Source: Carpediemonas membranifera BICM (taxonomy: Eukaryota > Protista > Fornicata). From it: a stretch of 64,000 bases of DNA. Positions 29,150 through 40,228 of this stretch are shown one piece after another (position 1 is the stretch's first letter; the number at the start of each line of letters is the position of its first letter). A program made the position numbers and the translations under genes. The stretch lies in NCBI GenBank assembly GCA_019828565.1, contig JAHDYR010000022.1:124001-188000 (forward strand), given 5' to 3'. Below the pieces are notes generated by a model. It saw only the letters and a list, made by a program, of their open reading frames with translations, ran no database searches and was not told the origin of the DNA.

Positions 29150-32100
29150 TAGTGGTCACCTGACCCGTATATATTTAGGCCATATTTACCACTAGGGTTC
29201 GACCCTATTTAAACACTTCGCATTGATTGTTGTTGTTCTGTGCCCACCACAGTAATATTACTATCTAGATGAACGTAGAACAACTATCAACTTTTTTCCT
29301 GGCACCCTATCTCACTAGTACGAAGCCTAAGGCATGGTATTCATTCCGGGAAGCTTTCATTGCCCATTACGCACGAAACGCCGCTTCCAAGCCTCTGATC
29401 TTCGATTACGTCGCAGCGACGGTTTTGAAGATCATGTTCCTCGAATGCCCGGACCTCGAAGACCTTATTACTCGTGCCCGTGAGGTCACACAGCAACCCC
29501 GCGCTGCGCCTAGGGACCCCCTTCTGTTCCTCGCGCCCCCTGAGTCTGACACTGATGACGACACCGAGTCTGACACTGATAGTTCGGTCTCCGACGAGTC
29601 CGAGCATCTACCCGTTCACACACCCGAGACCCCTAACGACTTCAACAAAAGATTTATCTCAATGGTGAACGACATCTTCGGACCCCTCGACCGTCAGGAC
29701 GCGCTCGACCGATTTGACTCGATTACCTTTGACACCGCCAGCAAGAACGTTTATGAGTCCATGCTCTACTACACGTTAATCTACCAGCGGACACTCGAAA
29801 ACTGCGCCTCTGTACCCCCGAAGCAGTCGAGCCTCGTAGCCAAATTCCTGAAGGGCATCCGCAATGATCGCTTACGTGAACGCTGTAAGACCTTTGAGGA
29901 TAAGTCCTCCATCGCCAACACCATGCGCGCCGCTCTCTCCCAAGCCAAGAAGATGCAGCAAGCCGAGAAGGAATCCCACAAGTCGCGGAAGAAGGACGTA
30001 AATGATAGGTCCTACGCGCACGATTTCCTCGCTGCTACGGTTGAAGAGTACTTAGACGCAATGTCAGCCGAAACGCCCAAAGACGATCAAGCAGAACACC
30101 GCCCAGTCTTCAAAGTCAGACTGCACGGATCCTCCGTGCGCGCCCTCTACGACACAGGTGCCACCGCCAACTTCCTCCATGAGGCGAAAGCGAAGTCCCT
30201 GGGCCTCACCCCCATTCCTGAGTGCCACAGGGTTCGCCTCATGTCAGGCCAACTAATCAACACCTCCCACGTGGCCTACGATACTGTCCTGTACCCTTCT
30301 GTGACAGGTAGACCCCTCTCTGTACGCACAAAGTTTATCCTCATCTCACTCGACCATTACGATGCGATCATCGGGTTCCCACTCCTGCGCAGCGCGGGAC
30401 TGATCGAGATACCCTCGCCTGACCTGACTCCGTCAAACCAGAACGACGACGACGAGATGTTCGAAAACGAGGTCGAGAGAACAGCCCCAGAATATGTGCA
30501 GTTTGCAGAAGCCAGCCAAAGGATTGTTGAAAAGTTCCCAGGCCTATTCGGGGACATTTCCAGCCCGTCCAAGCTCCCAGCATTCTCCCTGAAGACCAAG
30601 AATGACCAGGTCATCAACTGCTTCCCATATCGTCACGGCAAGCAGGTGGAAGATGAGGTTAATCGCCAGGTTAAGGAGCTGCTTGCTCTGGACGTCATCG
30701 AGCCTTCGGACTCAGCCTTCAATAACCCCATCGTCATGGCAAAGAAGAGAGGCAACAAGCTTCGCCTCTGCCTCGACTTTAGACGGCTGAACCTTATCAC
30801 CCAGGCCGAGGAGCATCCCCTACCCCTCATCGACGACTTGATTGATCACCTACAAGGCCAACAGTTTTACGCCACGCTGGACCTATCCAAAGCGTTCCAC
30901 CAGATCATAATCAACCAGGACTCGCGCAAGTATACCGCTTTTGTGGCTGGTGGGAAGAAATACCAGTATAAGCGGATGCCCTTTGGGCTTCGTAATGCTC
31001 CCATCCACTGCCAGAAAGCCATGGAACACATTCTGGGTCAATCCCTTTATACTCAGTGTCTCGCTTACATAGATGACATTGTCGTCTTTGGAGCGAATCG
31101 TGACGAGTTCCTGAAGAATCTGGAGGACGTGTTAGCTCGCATCCACGCGGCCGGTCTGAAGCTTAATCCTTCCAAGACGGTCATTGGAGCGACTTCCATC
31201 GACTATTTGGGCTGGCGAGTAGACAAGGACGGTAAGCGGATCTCCCCCGACCGTCTGGAGGCCATCCATGATCTCAAGGAGCCGACTAGTCTGACGGACG
31301 CCCGAGCCTTGCTCGGGTTCGCGAACTACTTTCGAGCACTCATTGAGCGTTACGTCGATATGACTGAACCCATCACCGAGCTCACCCGAGCCGCCGAAAA
31401 GTTCGTTTGGGGCGACCGACAACATGACGCGTTTGAGCAGATTAAGCGAGAGCTTCTACTGCAGCGCACGCTGGTCCACCCCTGTCCCGACGAACATCTC
31501 CACATTTTTACGGACGCATCAGACTACGGCATTGGTGGCGTGCTGATGAACGCGGAGTTTAAGCCCATCGCGTTCTTCGCCAAGACGCTCACGCCCCAAC
31601 AGCGCCGTTGGTCTACGATAGAGAAAGAGTGCTACGCTCTGTACTTCGGTACTACCAAGTTCAGACGCTATCTCGCTGGACGAGACTTCACAGCTCATCT
31701 AGATCACCGTAACTTGGTCTACATGGACCGTTCCTTGAATTCCAAGGTGATTAGATGGAGCCTCGCGCTGTCTGAGTACTCATTCGACATCGTACACGTT
31801 CCAGGTTCCGACAACTCTGTAGCGGACACCCTGTCCCGCCTCGTTCACCTGGACGAGACCTCCGTCGAACCTTCCCCTCCACCCGAGGCGCATCGGGAAT
31901 CCTTCCAAGAAGCACATGGCGGAGATTCTGGTCACCTTGGCCGTGATGCCACCTGCAAACGCATCATAGCCGCCGACAAGGGCTGGCCTGGCATGCGCCG
32001 GGACGTTACTGCCTGGATAAGACAGTGCCCTGTTTGCCAGTTGACACGCCTCAAGCTTTCACCGTTTCCCCAAGCGACCCATCCCATGACCGGCAGCCGA

Positions 32101-32462
32101 CCCTTCGAAGTAGTGGAGGCCGACACCATTGGTCCCCTCTCACTGCCCGGGCAACACCGCTACGCGGTTGTGATTATCGACACGTTTACTAGACTCACCC
32201 AAGCCTACCCCACGAAGAGCACGGACGCTGTATCTGCACGTTCGGCTTTATCGACATGGATGAAACACTATGGCTCCCCGACATGCTTGATTACCGATGG
32301 TGGCTCACAGTACCATAACAGAACCATCAGAGAATTTTGCCAAGACCACGGTATAAGACACGAGATCGGTACGCCTTATCATCCTGCGGGACAGGGTGCT
32401 GTTGAAAGAGCGAACAAAGAGGTGAAGAGACACCTGCGCGCCTGGATTCTCGAACATGACGA
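29148..32462 (+). mobile_element. Ty3/gypsy LTR retrotransposon with 5' LTR, truncated at the end of the integrase core
   Basis: Putative LTR 29148-29251 (TGTAGTGG...CCACCACA) then a single gag-pol ORF. There is no PPT or 3' LTR; the element is cut at copy 2 of the 355-bp repeat. Confidence 0.9.
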
Positions 32463-32571
32463 CCCAAGGAGACCCACAGGAGAGGTGCCAAGCGAAAGAC
32501 CATCCAATGCGCGAAGAAGACGTTGCTGCAGAAGCGCGCCAATGACGCCGAGAGCTCTGCTAAGTAAATAG
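29269..32571 (+). CDS. Gag-Pol polyprotein (PR, RT, RNase H, integrase); last ~35 aa are read-through into the duplicated target
   Basis: PR LYDTGA; RT LCLDFRRLN, MPFGLRNAP, YIDD; RH TDASDYGIG, DHRNL; IN H..H..C..C, EADTIGP, TDGG, VERANK. Confidence 0.93.
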   Translation: MNVEQLSTFFLAPYLTSTKPKAWYSFREAFIAHYARNAASKPLIFDYVAATVLKIMFLECPDLEDLITRAREVTQQPRAAPRDPLLFLAPPESDTDDDTESDTDSSVSDESEHLPVHTPETPNDFNKRFISMVNDIFGPLDRQDALDRFDSITFDTASKNVYESMLYYTLIYQRTLENCASVPPKQSSLVAKFLKGIRNDRLRERCKTFEDKSSIANTMRAALSQAKKMQQAEKESHKSRKKDVNDRSYAHDFLAATVEEYLDAMSAETPKDDQAEHRPVFKVRLHGSSVRALYDTGATANFLHEAKAKSLGLTPIPECHRVRLMSGQLINTSHVAYDTVLYPSVTGRPLSVRTKFILISLDHYDAIIGFPLLRSAGLIEIPSPDLTPSNQNDDDEMFENEVERTAPEYVQFAEASQRIVEKFPGLFGDISSPSKLPAFSLKTKNDQVINCFPYRHGKQVEDEVNRQVKELLALDVIEPSDSAFNNPIVMAKKRGNKLRLCLDFRRLNLITQAEEHPLPLIDDLIDHLQGQQFYATLDLSKAFHQIIINQDSRKYTAFVAGGKKYQYKRMPFGLRNAPIHCQKAMEHILGQSLYTQCLAYIDDIVVFGANRDEFLKNLEDVLARIHAAGLKLNPSKTVIGATSIDYLGWRVDKDGKRISPDRLEAIHDLKEPTSLTDARALLGFANYFRALIERYVDMTEPITELTRAAEKFVWGDRQHDAFEQIKRELLLQRTLVHPCPDEHLHIFTDASDYGIGGVLMNAEFKPIAFFAKTLTPQQRRWSTIEKECYALYFGTTKFRRYLAGRDFTAHLDHRNLVYMDRSLNSKVIRWSLALSEYSFDIVHVPGSDNSVADTLSRLVHLDETSVEPSPPPEAHRESFQEAHGGDSGHLGRDATCKRIIAADKGWPGMRRDVTAWIRQCPVCQLTRLKLSPFPQATHPMTGSRPFEVVEADTIGPLSLPGQHRYAVVIIDTFTRLTQAYPTKSTDAVSARSALSTWMKHYGSPTCLITDGGSQYHNRTIREFCQDHGIRHEIGTPYHPAGQGAVERANKEVKRHLRAWILEHDDPRRPTGEVPSERPSNARRRRCCRSAPMTPRALLSK

Positions 32572-32817
32572 ACAGTTTAAGACTTCTTCCACCAAGCGTA
32601 TTGCTTTTTTCACCTTAAATCAACCACGAGCTTGTTTATTTTGAGTCCTGAATTAAGCAATCAAACACTGTGTTTTGAGTGCTGAAAACAGGTGAATTGA
32701 GCGATGGACGATGAGGGAACGGATGTTACTATTAAGGTGAAGAAGTCTCGTAACAAGGTACTTTGCACGTTTATAGTGCAGATGAAGCAAGAGTGGACAG
32801 CTATGGAAGCCTTCGTG
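32463..32817. repeat. 355-bp exact direct repeat, copy 2
   Basis: Identical to 28795-29149. Confidence 0.96.
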
Positions 32818-33436
32818 CGTGATATTCGCAACTTGGTCAGCGAAAAGGGGTATAACATTGCAGAGAGCGTTGCAAAGCAGAGAATTCAGGTACGTTACAA
32901 GCTTCCCAATGATAAGGTCTTCTTAGAAGACATTACTATGGCTGCCTGGAGCAAGTTCACCAGATGCAGCAAGCCTGAGGCATATGTGTGGACTGCTGAC
33001 CCCAACAAGACCACAGCTTCATCTCAACCTGTCCACCAACCGCGAAACGCACTCGTCGGCCGAGAGGCTTTGCATGAAGCCCGCGAGATCCTTCGTGCTG
33101 CCAATCCTGGCCTGACCGAATCTCAGCTGATGGGTTGGGCTCACTCCCTGGCGTCAGGGAGTTGACGGAGTCACTGCCCTTGATCCACCGGCTGGCGTTC
33201 AATACGAGCGGCCACAAGCGAGCCAAGAGCTTGCAGAGACACCTCAGCATCCTAGACGGCCTCCCAACTTCGACTTGGATGCGTATGTCCTCGTTCCAGT
33301 CCCCTATGAGCGTGTAACTGAAGTCCGAGCACTACTGAGACGCGCCCAGACAACTCCAGCTCCGGTCAGTCGTCCCCCGCCGCCTATCATGCCCAACAGC
33401 CTCAACATTCCCGACTACGAGCACCAGGAAGACTGA
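32704..33436 (+). pseudogene. Accessory ORF of the Tc1-like element (153-aa open part, probably frameshifted, ending ..PDYEHQED*)
   Basis: ATG just inside the left TIR. Coding-like sequence continues in other frames to TGA 33434-33436, 9 nt from the convergent transposase stop, with a shared AATAAA/TTTAT. Confidence 0.5.
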
Positions 33437-33445
33437 ATAAAGCGT

Positions 33446-34420
33446 TTATCTGAAGTGTATGTCCAGCTGCCCGTCGTGGTAGCCATGGGAGCTGAAGAGG
33501 TGTGATTGACTGTTGGTCACTTCAGCGAAGAGCCTGCTCAGTGTGGATGCTGGAGCTTGAGCAAAAGCAGCTTGATCTCTCTGTATGCGAGACTTGATGA
33601 TGGAGAACATGACCTCTATGGGATTAAGGTGCGGACTGTATGGGGGCAGAAAGATCATCTTGGCGCCAATGTTGTCGATACATTGCTGCAACTGAGGAAA
33701 GTGGTGAATTGAGGCGTTGTCGAGCATTAAGATCGACCGTGGCCCAGGCCATGGATTCATTTTGTAATACACATTGGCGATAAAGGAGTCGTAGAATAGC
33801 TGCCTGTCGAATGTCCCTGGCGTTATTGTATGCCCTAGTATGCCGTCATGACCCAGCCATGCGCACACACTATACCTCTGGCCGCGGGAGAAAGGCAGAG
33901 TGACTTTGCATCTCTGGCCAACAGTGGCCCAGCCGCGAAGCCTAATCCCAGCACGAAGGTCTTTTGCCGTCTCGTCAGCAAATATAAGCTGATCCTGACA
34001 GTGGTAAACGGCGTTGAGCTCGGCACTAAACCGGGCAAACTGCATGCTTGTTGCTTGTGTGGCTCGTCTTTCGAGGCTCTTCCGTGTCATGTTCAAGCTG
34101 AAGCGTAGTATGCGCCACACTGTGGCGGTGGAGATCTTTCGGTTGAACTTGTGAACGATCTTATCTCGAAGCTCGTCCAAATAGAAACAGGGATCTGATC
34201 TAATCAGCTCTGTAAGGTAAACAATGACTTCCATCGGTACTTGAGGCTTTCGCTTGTCTCTGTCAGTATGACGAACACTTCCTGTCTTTTCAGCTCGTGA
34301 AACCCATTGGCTGATAGTTGTATGGCTCTGAATGTGCATAACTAAGGCTATTTCTCGAAAGGACCATCCATATATGGTGGCTAGAAACACACAGCGCCAC
34401 CTTAGGTCTTCAGAATACAT
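33446..34420 (-). CDS. IS630/Tc1-family DD34E transposase
   Basis: MYSEDLRWR HTH start, YLDEL..S.ATVWRIL, FADET, LDNASIHH-(34 aa)-PYSPHLNPIE. The ORF is intact. Confidence 0.93.
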   Translation of the reverse strand: MYSEDLRWRCVFLATIYGWSFREIALVMHIQSHTTISQWVSRAEKTGSVRHTDRDKRKPQVPMEVIVYLTELIRSDPCFYLDELRDKIVHKFNRKISTATVWRILRFSLNMTRKSLERRATQATSMQFARFSAELNAVYHCQDQLIFADETAKDLRAGIRLRGWATVGQRCKVTLPFSRGQRYSVCAWLGHDGILGHTITPGTFDRQLFYDSFIANVYYKMNPWPGPRSILMLDNASIHHFPQLQQCIDNIGAKMIFLPPYSPHLNPIEVMFSIIKSRIQRDQAAFAQAPASTLSRLFAEVTNSQSHLFSSHGYHDGQLDIHFR

Positions 34421-34582
34421 TGCGCAAAGCTGACTTTTGAGCGAAAATCAACCGAATTAAGCGCTTAAAACGGTTGATTTTAGCTAAAAATTCATCTGTT
34501 TTTACTTAATTCAGCTCATAAAAATCTGAACAGTGGTCGATTTTCCCTGAATTTAGCAATAGCTCTCATTATTATTTATCAT

Positions 34583-35899
34583 TCAAAGTTGCTGTCCAGT
34601 GACTTGCAGGCTGTCCTCAATAAGCCTCTTGTTCAACTTCCGTTCGATCTCACCCATCTGAGCCTCACGGCGGTCACTCTGCTGGGAGACAATCTGATCC
34701 TGCAGCTGACGGCGATACTGAAGCTTCTTCTCCTTGATGGAGTTCATCCGACGCTCCTTGTCAGCCTTGAAAGCCACGTACTCCTGCTCCAACCGGTACA
34801 GTTCCTGTTCCTTCTCCCGCTTCGCCCTGGCCTTCTCCTCAGCATGGGCCTTAAGCTGCGCCTCAAGAGCCGACTGTGTTTCTACGTTGAGGCTCTTGTG
34901 GTAGGACCCCAGCTGGCCAAGAACAGAAGGGCCTTCGACAACCTTCTCCACGAACTTGTGCTTCTCATCGTCAAGTTGCTGAACCATTGTCTGGACAGCA
35001 TCCAGGTCCTTCTGCCGGGCCTGCTCCTTGTGTTGCTTCATAGCCTTGAGGGCCGCCTCGCGAGCTGCCATGCGAGAGTCCTCCTCGGCGATGAGACGCT
35101 GCTCCTCGTCGCCCTCGGCAATGCGGGAGGCATGGGCGACAATGGGCGAGTGGGGAACGCCGGTGCTGATCTCGGCGAGCTGGGCCTCACGGAGACGGCG
35201 CTGCCTCTCGAGCTTGGCCTCCCGTTCCTGGCGCTGGGAGTCCTCAAACTCGGCGGTGATCCGGTCAAGCTCGTCAGACTCGCGGGCAATACGCTCCTCC
35301 ATGGCCTTGAGCCTCTCCTGCCGCCGCTTCTCGATCTCCGCGGCGTTGTGGGCCGCAGTCTCCTTCACGGTGCGGTGCTTCTCCTCGCGGAGGCGGTCCT
35401 CGCGGCCAAGGGCTGAAAGAACGCTGTTCTCGTCAATACCGCCCTCCGGCTCGGCATGGGCGGGGTTATGCTTGTGCTTCACCTGCTCGTCGAGGTCCCG
35501 ACGCATCTGCTCCTGGCGTTCACGGACGGCACGCTTACGGGCCTCCTGCTCCTCGAGGAACTTCTTATTCTGGGCCTCGTAGATCACCTGCCACTCATCC
35601 ACGGCGGGGGCGCGGGGCTCCTCCTGCCCGGGGCGGTGCACCTCAAGAGGGGGGTGGGCGGTGGTTGTGGGCTTGCTGGTGGCGGCTGCAGGCTTCTGGA
35701 TACCGCGCGCAGATGAAGGATTGCTGCGGGGAGCAGGTTCAACATTCTGGCCAGTCAGTTCCGCGATTTTGGCGGCGATGACTGCACGCTGCTTAGGATC
35801 CTTCGTTTGCTGCAGCTTTTGCTCAAGCTTGGAAACAAAGTCATCGCGCTTCTTGGGATTCTGGGCAATTCGCTTCGTAGCACTGTGCCTGCTGTTCAT
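34583..35899 (-). CDS. Coiled-coil protein (E/R/K/Q-rich, possibly ciliary)
   Basis: Long ORF with heptad-rich charged helices. Confidence 0.75.
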   Translation of the reverse strand: MNSRHSATKRIAQNPKKRDDFVSKLEQKLQQTKDPKQRAVIAAKIAELTGQNVEPAPRSNPSSARGIQKPAAATSKPTTTAHPPLEVHRPGQEEPRAPAVDEWQVIYEAQNKKFLEEQEARKRAVRERQEQMRRDLDEQVKHKHNPAHAEPEGGIDENSVLSALGREDRLREEKHRTVKETAAHNAAEIEKRRQERLKAMEERIARESDELDRITAEFEDSQRQEREAKLERQRRLREAQLAEISTGVPHSPIVAHASRIAEGDEEQRLIAEEDSRMAAREAALKAMKQHKEQARQKDLDAVQTMVQQLDDEKHKFVEKVVEGPSVLGQLGSYHKSLNVETQSALEAQLKAHAEEKARAKREKEQELYRLEQEYVAFKADKERRMNSIKEKKLQYRRQLQDQIVSQQSDRREAQMGEIERKLNKRLIEDSLQVTGQQL

Positions 35900-36241
35900 T
35901 TGTTCAGAATTTGGTCTTGTTCTTTTTTCTTGCACACAACCGCCCCCGCTTCATTTCTGGCATGTCAGGCGACTTCCTGAAAGAGATCGCACAACGCGGC
36001 CTCCACATCCCACTACCAGCTGCTTTCGCCGAGTCGCTGGGTCATTCACCTGTTCGACCATGAACATGATCCGCCCTTTCTTAGGATGACGTGGAATATA
36101 CAGAGCAACTAAGGGATAACAGACCCCAGTGGTGTACCTCCTCGTGAGCCGTGATCTGAGTAAAGACAGTAGACAAGAATCGCTTGCTATATTTACTTGG
36201 CACGTGTCTAGATAACAGATAAACGGCATAAATGCCACCAC

Positions 36242-37828
36242 TCACCTCAACCCACCCCTACTCCGGGGCTGGGGCGGTCTCCTTTGGACAGCAGCCAGGT
36301 TCTCCCTCCCAACATCAGCCCGAAGCCCAGCGGGCCTCACCATCGGCCTAAAGCCCCCAACACGGGACCGACTGGTCCTGTGACTGGCAAGGTCACTCGC
36401 CCTAGGGTCCATGGGCGGCCGGTAAAAGTGTGTGGGCGACTGTCGGTGGTCAGGCGACCTGACCGCGGCTCTCTGACCGACGGGCTGGTATTCGGGCTGG
36501 ATACGGTCGAACTGGGCCTTATTCTGAGGCATGGCCTGGGGTCTGACGAGTCCCCCGCCGATAGACGGCAGGGCTGGGGTGTGTGACCGACCCGCCCTGC
36601 TCTGCGTGGGTCTAGGGTGCATGTTATGGATCGAATAAGCCTCATTCGCCCTAGTGGTAAACCCGCTGGTAGTCGGCTTCTCGTCTGACACTACCGGTTT
36701 CCGTCCAGCCCTGCTCAGGGACGGTGTGGCTCTGGATGCTTGTGTGGCGGGCGGCTGGTGGTGTCTCGCCCTCTCCCTGTCATGAACCAAGAACCGATCC
36801 AGTCGCCGGTCGAGCTCGTCGTGTTGACTCAGCCCGGCGTGTGTCTTGGTTCGTACTGGTGGTTCATCGTGGTCTCCCAGAGGAGCGAGCCCGTGTCTTC
36901 TCCGGGTAGGGGTGGTGGATCTTCTCACGTCGTGTTGGTGTCTTACGTCGTCGAAGAACGGGTGCTGGAGACACTCCGCGGCTGTGGGTCTGTCGGCCGG
37001 GTCTAGGGAGAGCATCGGCTTGAGGATCCCCATGATGTCTTCCCCTCTCTGCTGTTGGGCCCAGTACTTCCGCTCGAGCCGCTCAGAGGGCTGGTCGACG
37101 TCTGGAAACTTGAGGCCGACGAACCGCGGGTTTCTGAGGAATGATTCTGTCTGGCGCCGAGTCAGTGGACCGAGGGCGCGTTGGATGATAAACAGCTGGT
37201 CAATTTCACTCTCACCGGGGAACATCGGCTGGCCGTCTAGTAGCTCACCGAATATACACCCCGCTGCCCACACATCGACGCTTGTATCGTAGTCGGTGCT
37301 GTTGAGGAGGAGCTCGGGTGACCGGTACCACCGTGTCGCCACATAGTCGGTGTACTTGGGTGCTCGGCCCACTGTAACGTTCCTGGCGAACCCGAAGTCG
37401 CATAGTTTGAGCTGGTTGTCGCCAGTGATAAGCAGGTTCTCGGGTTTGATGTCGCGGTGGATGACGTCCTGCGAATGGCAGTAGTCGATGGCGAGCAGGA
37501 GCTGGTAGATGTACGTCTTCACCATGGAGATCTTCAGCCCAGTCGGGTTGGCTTCCAGGACTTCTAGGAGGTTCCTATCGCAGAACTCAAAGACTAGATA
37601 GAGTTTCTTCTGACGACGGAAGGCTTCTTTCAGCGCTACAATGTTGGGATGCTTCAGCATTCGGAGTATCTTAACCTCTCTCAGCGTGGTTTTCCTCACA
37701 GCCGGATCGTCCTCGCTTTCTTTGAACTTCTTGACGGCTACGATCTCCCCGGTCTGTTTGTGCCGGCATTTCAGCACCACGCCATAGGCACCCTCACCAG
37801 AGATGCTTAAGACAGTATACTTGTTCAT
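36242..37828 (-). CDS. CDKL-family kinase (CDKL5/LF5-like)
   Basis: [35 protein letters not shown], activation loop [18 protein letters not shown]. Confidence 0.93.
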   Translation of the reverse strand: MNKYTVLSISGEGAYGVVLKCRHKQTGEIVAVKKFKESEDDPAVRKTTLREVKILRMLKHPNIVALKEAFRRQKKLYLVFEFCDRNLLEVLEANPTGLKISMVKTYIYQLLLAIDYCHSQDVIHRDIKPENLLITGDNQLKLCDFGFARNVTVGRAPKYTDYVATRWYRSPELLLNSTDYDTSVDVWAAGCIFGELLDGQPMFPGESEIDQLFIIQRALGPLTRRQTESFLRNPRFVGLKFPDVDQPSERLERKYWAQQQRGEDIMGILKPMLSLDPADRPTAAECLQHPFFDDVRHQHDVRRSTTPTRRRHGLAPLGDHDEPPVRTKTHAGLSQHDELDRRLDRFLVHDRERARHHQPPATQASRATPSLSRAGRKPVVSDEKPTTSGFTTRANEAYSIHNMHPRPTQSRAGRSHTPALPSIGGGLVRPQAMPQNKAQFDRIQPEYQPVGQRAAVRSPDHRQSPTHFYRPPMDPRASDLASHRTSRSRVGGFRPMVRPAGLRADVGRENLAAVQRRPPQPRSRGGLR

Positions 37829-38178
37829 GTAGCCTCGCTACGAGGAAGTTAATCGAAGGCGTTCCGTGGTGTTTTACGATTTACGGAATTTTCAGCCGCA
37901 TAAACCATAAATATCTGATGACTTGAGTCGCTAGACCATATTTTGCCCCGTAATCACCGGTCGATCGGCTTTTCCGGGGATAATTCCGGCCACGCTTGCC
38001 TGAAGGGTGATGAAGGGTGATGGCTCGCGCCGTTCAAATATTAGCGGCATACTATCCACTTGACTCTACTGAATCACGAGCTATCCAGCCCTAATAAACC
38101 GCTAGTCTGCCCAGGAAGACGGAATTTTGGAATGTGCAGTTTATTGCCGAACGACTGCTTCATTGCAAGATTATATTG

Positions 38179-40173
38179 ATGAGGGGAACGCTATGCGATG
38201 CAATTCCACCGCATCTAGAGGTAGAGAATGATCTCTGTGACTTCCTGTCCTTTGTTTCGCTCAAGAACCCTTCCAAGTTCAACTATGGCATCCCGATCCA
38301 TTCCCTCTACGTACACGTTACTATGCACGCCAAGAAGTGGGCGCAGAAGTCTTTTATAGCGTTTCAAGTGCTCATTGGCGACAATCTTCACAACAGCGCT
38401 GCAGCTGCGCTCTCTGCTGTGTTCCTCCCCGCCGCTCTCCGCCCACTTAACCTCAGGAACTCGGCTCTGACCAACCCCCTCTACATGTCCGAACTCTACA
38501 AGTTCCTATGCACCGTCAAGCCCCAGGAGCGGTGTCCGGTGTGCCACCTCTTGTCGGATGCTTCCCAGCTCATCGATAACAGACTCTTCCAGGGCTTGGT
38601 CGACGCCAAGCTCGTTAGTGCCATACAGGCACCGAAGATACGGGACTACCTTGCTGAGTACGACCGTACATCGCTCGTTGACGTCCTCGTTGCAGTAGGG
38701 TCGATGGTTCCCATGACTGCGGAGATTTGCGACAATCTAGAGATCCAGTACATATCTTACTTCGGAGATACGGTAGATACAACGAGCAATGACTCTCTGA
38801 AGGCATACATCGACCAATCGATTGTCACCATCCAGCTTGAGGCGGCCAAGAGGCTCAACAACGTCATCCACCAGTATTCATCTCGGATCAAGGAGGAGTG
38901 TTCAGCAGAGATCAAGGGAGAGGTTGCCAAGGAGGTCTCCGCCGCTGTAATGCCCCAGCTGCGGGTGATGAAGAGGAATACGCCCCCCACGACCTCCGTC
39001 ATCAAGGCACAGGTCGACTGCGAGCAGGCTGAGGTCAAACAGGCGTTGATACTGCTCAGAGACGCGTCCAACGTCCTCTCATCCCGCATCGACGGGCTGC
39101 AGGACAACATTGGGTCTCTGGAGAAACGGATGCCCAACGTACAGTATCTGAGGCGGCTTGAAGGGCGCATAGCTGCGCTGGAGCTCGGTGACGGCTACCC
39201 TCAGAGAGGCAGGTCCGGTGTGACACTCAGTGCACTTGCAGGATTTGACCGCACGGTCGAGTTGTCCGAACCCTCCGAGGATGACAACGCCCTGACTGAG
39301 ATGACCGGTCGGGTTGACTCTGTAGAATCTGACATCAAGCAGCTGAGAGACACAGCCCAGTCCCTGCAGCAGCAGGTGGGGGCCATGTCCGCTGCTCTCG
39401 AGGGGGTGGCCCGGGCGCAGTCGGACCTGGAGGCCGTGACGACTCGCAGACCCGCCCCGCCCCCGCCCGTGGCGCCAAAGCCGAGCCTGCCCGACCCAGC
39501 GATCACCGACCTCAGGGCGAGGATGGATCAGATCACTGCTGAGCTGGAGGCGGTGAAGGTGAGTGCCAGTAAGGCATGCAGCCCAGCCACCCACACCGAG
39601 GGCCTCCCAATGAGTGTAACCCGGACTACCAGTGAAGCCGCACTCAACACAGGTCTGGTCGAGCCCACTGAGGATGAGGCACGGCTGCAGGCAGAGGCTG
39701 ATATGCCTATCGAGTTCGCATCATTTACAACCCGACGGTCAGGTCGGACAGACCCCCATGTAGCTCGACTGGAGAGGAACATGGCGGTGTGGGCCAACCG
39801 GGTGGAGAGAGAGATGCTGATGTTTGCGGAGGGTGTCAAGTCACAGCTGAAGACGATGAAGTATGCCCCAAGGTCACCGGTGCCGCAGCGAACAGCCTCG
39901 CCCCGCCCAGCCTCACCGGTCCGTGTGATCAGAGCTAGAAACATGGTACCAGATGACAAGACAGAGGAGAGGCTTCGGGCTCTGATCCAAGACGAGGTCA
40001 AGGCGATGAGAGCAAGAATCGAGGGCGAACGGAGGGACCTGCAGCATCGTATTGATGAGAGAATCGGAGAGGTGTCGACTGAGGTGCGGGGGGTCATTGG
40101 CCAGCTGGCGACCACGGCCCAATTGTACTATAATGTGCCCAGAGACGGGTGTAGTCCTGTAAACCAGCGTTGA
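38179..40173 (+). CDS. Hypothetical coiled-coil protein
   Basis: Long ORF with coiled coils and a Pro-rich segment. Confidence 0.7.
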   Translation: MRGTLCDAIPPHLEVENDLCDFLSFVSLKNPSKFNYGIPIHSLYVHVTMHAKKWAQKSFIAFQVLIGDNLHNSAAAALSAVFLPAALRPLNLRNSALTNPLYMSELYKFLCTVKPQERCPVCHLLSDASQLIDNRLFQGLVDAKLVSAIQAPKIRDYLAEYDRTSLVDVLVAVGSMVPMTAEICDNLEIQYISYFGDTVDTTSNDSLKAYIDQSIVTIQLEAAKRLNNVIHQYSSRIKEECSAEIKGEVAKEVSAAVMPQLRVMKRNTPPTTSVIKAQVDCEQAEVKQALILLRDASNVLSSRIDGLQDNIGSLEKRMPNVQYLRRLEGRIAALELGDGYPQRGRSGVTLSALAGFDRTVELSEPSEDDNALTEMTGRVDSVESDIKQLRDTAQSLQQQVGAMSAALEGVARAQSDLEAVTTRRPAPPPPVAPKPSLPDPAITDLRARMDQITAELEAVKVSASKACSPATHTEGLPMSVTRTTSEAALNTGLVEPTEDEARLQAEADMPIEFASFTTRRSGRTDPHVARLERNMAVWANRVEREMLMFAEGVKSQLKTMKYAPRSPVPQRTASPRPASPVRVIRARNMVPDDKTEERLRALIQDEVKAMRARIEGERRDLQHRIDERIGEVSTEVRGVIGQLATTAQLYYNVPRDGCSPVNQR

Positions 40174-40228
40174 TGTTTATTAAAGGTCATGCCGCTGATT
40201 TGATGCTGTGATAAAAATACCACTTCGC

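Larger units (their letters stand above)
32601..34559 (-). mobile_element. Tc1/IS630-like DNA transposon with imperfect TIRs, TA target duplication and a second convergent gene
   Basis: TA|TTGCT at 32599-32605 and AGCAA|TA at 34555-34561. The ends align as a ~65-bp imperfect inverted repeat (ATTGCT..TTCA..AAATC.ACCAC..TGAG.CTGAATTAAG.AA). Confidence 0.75.
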
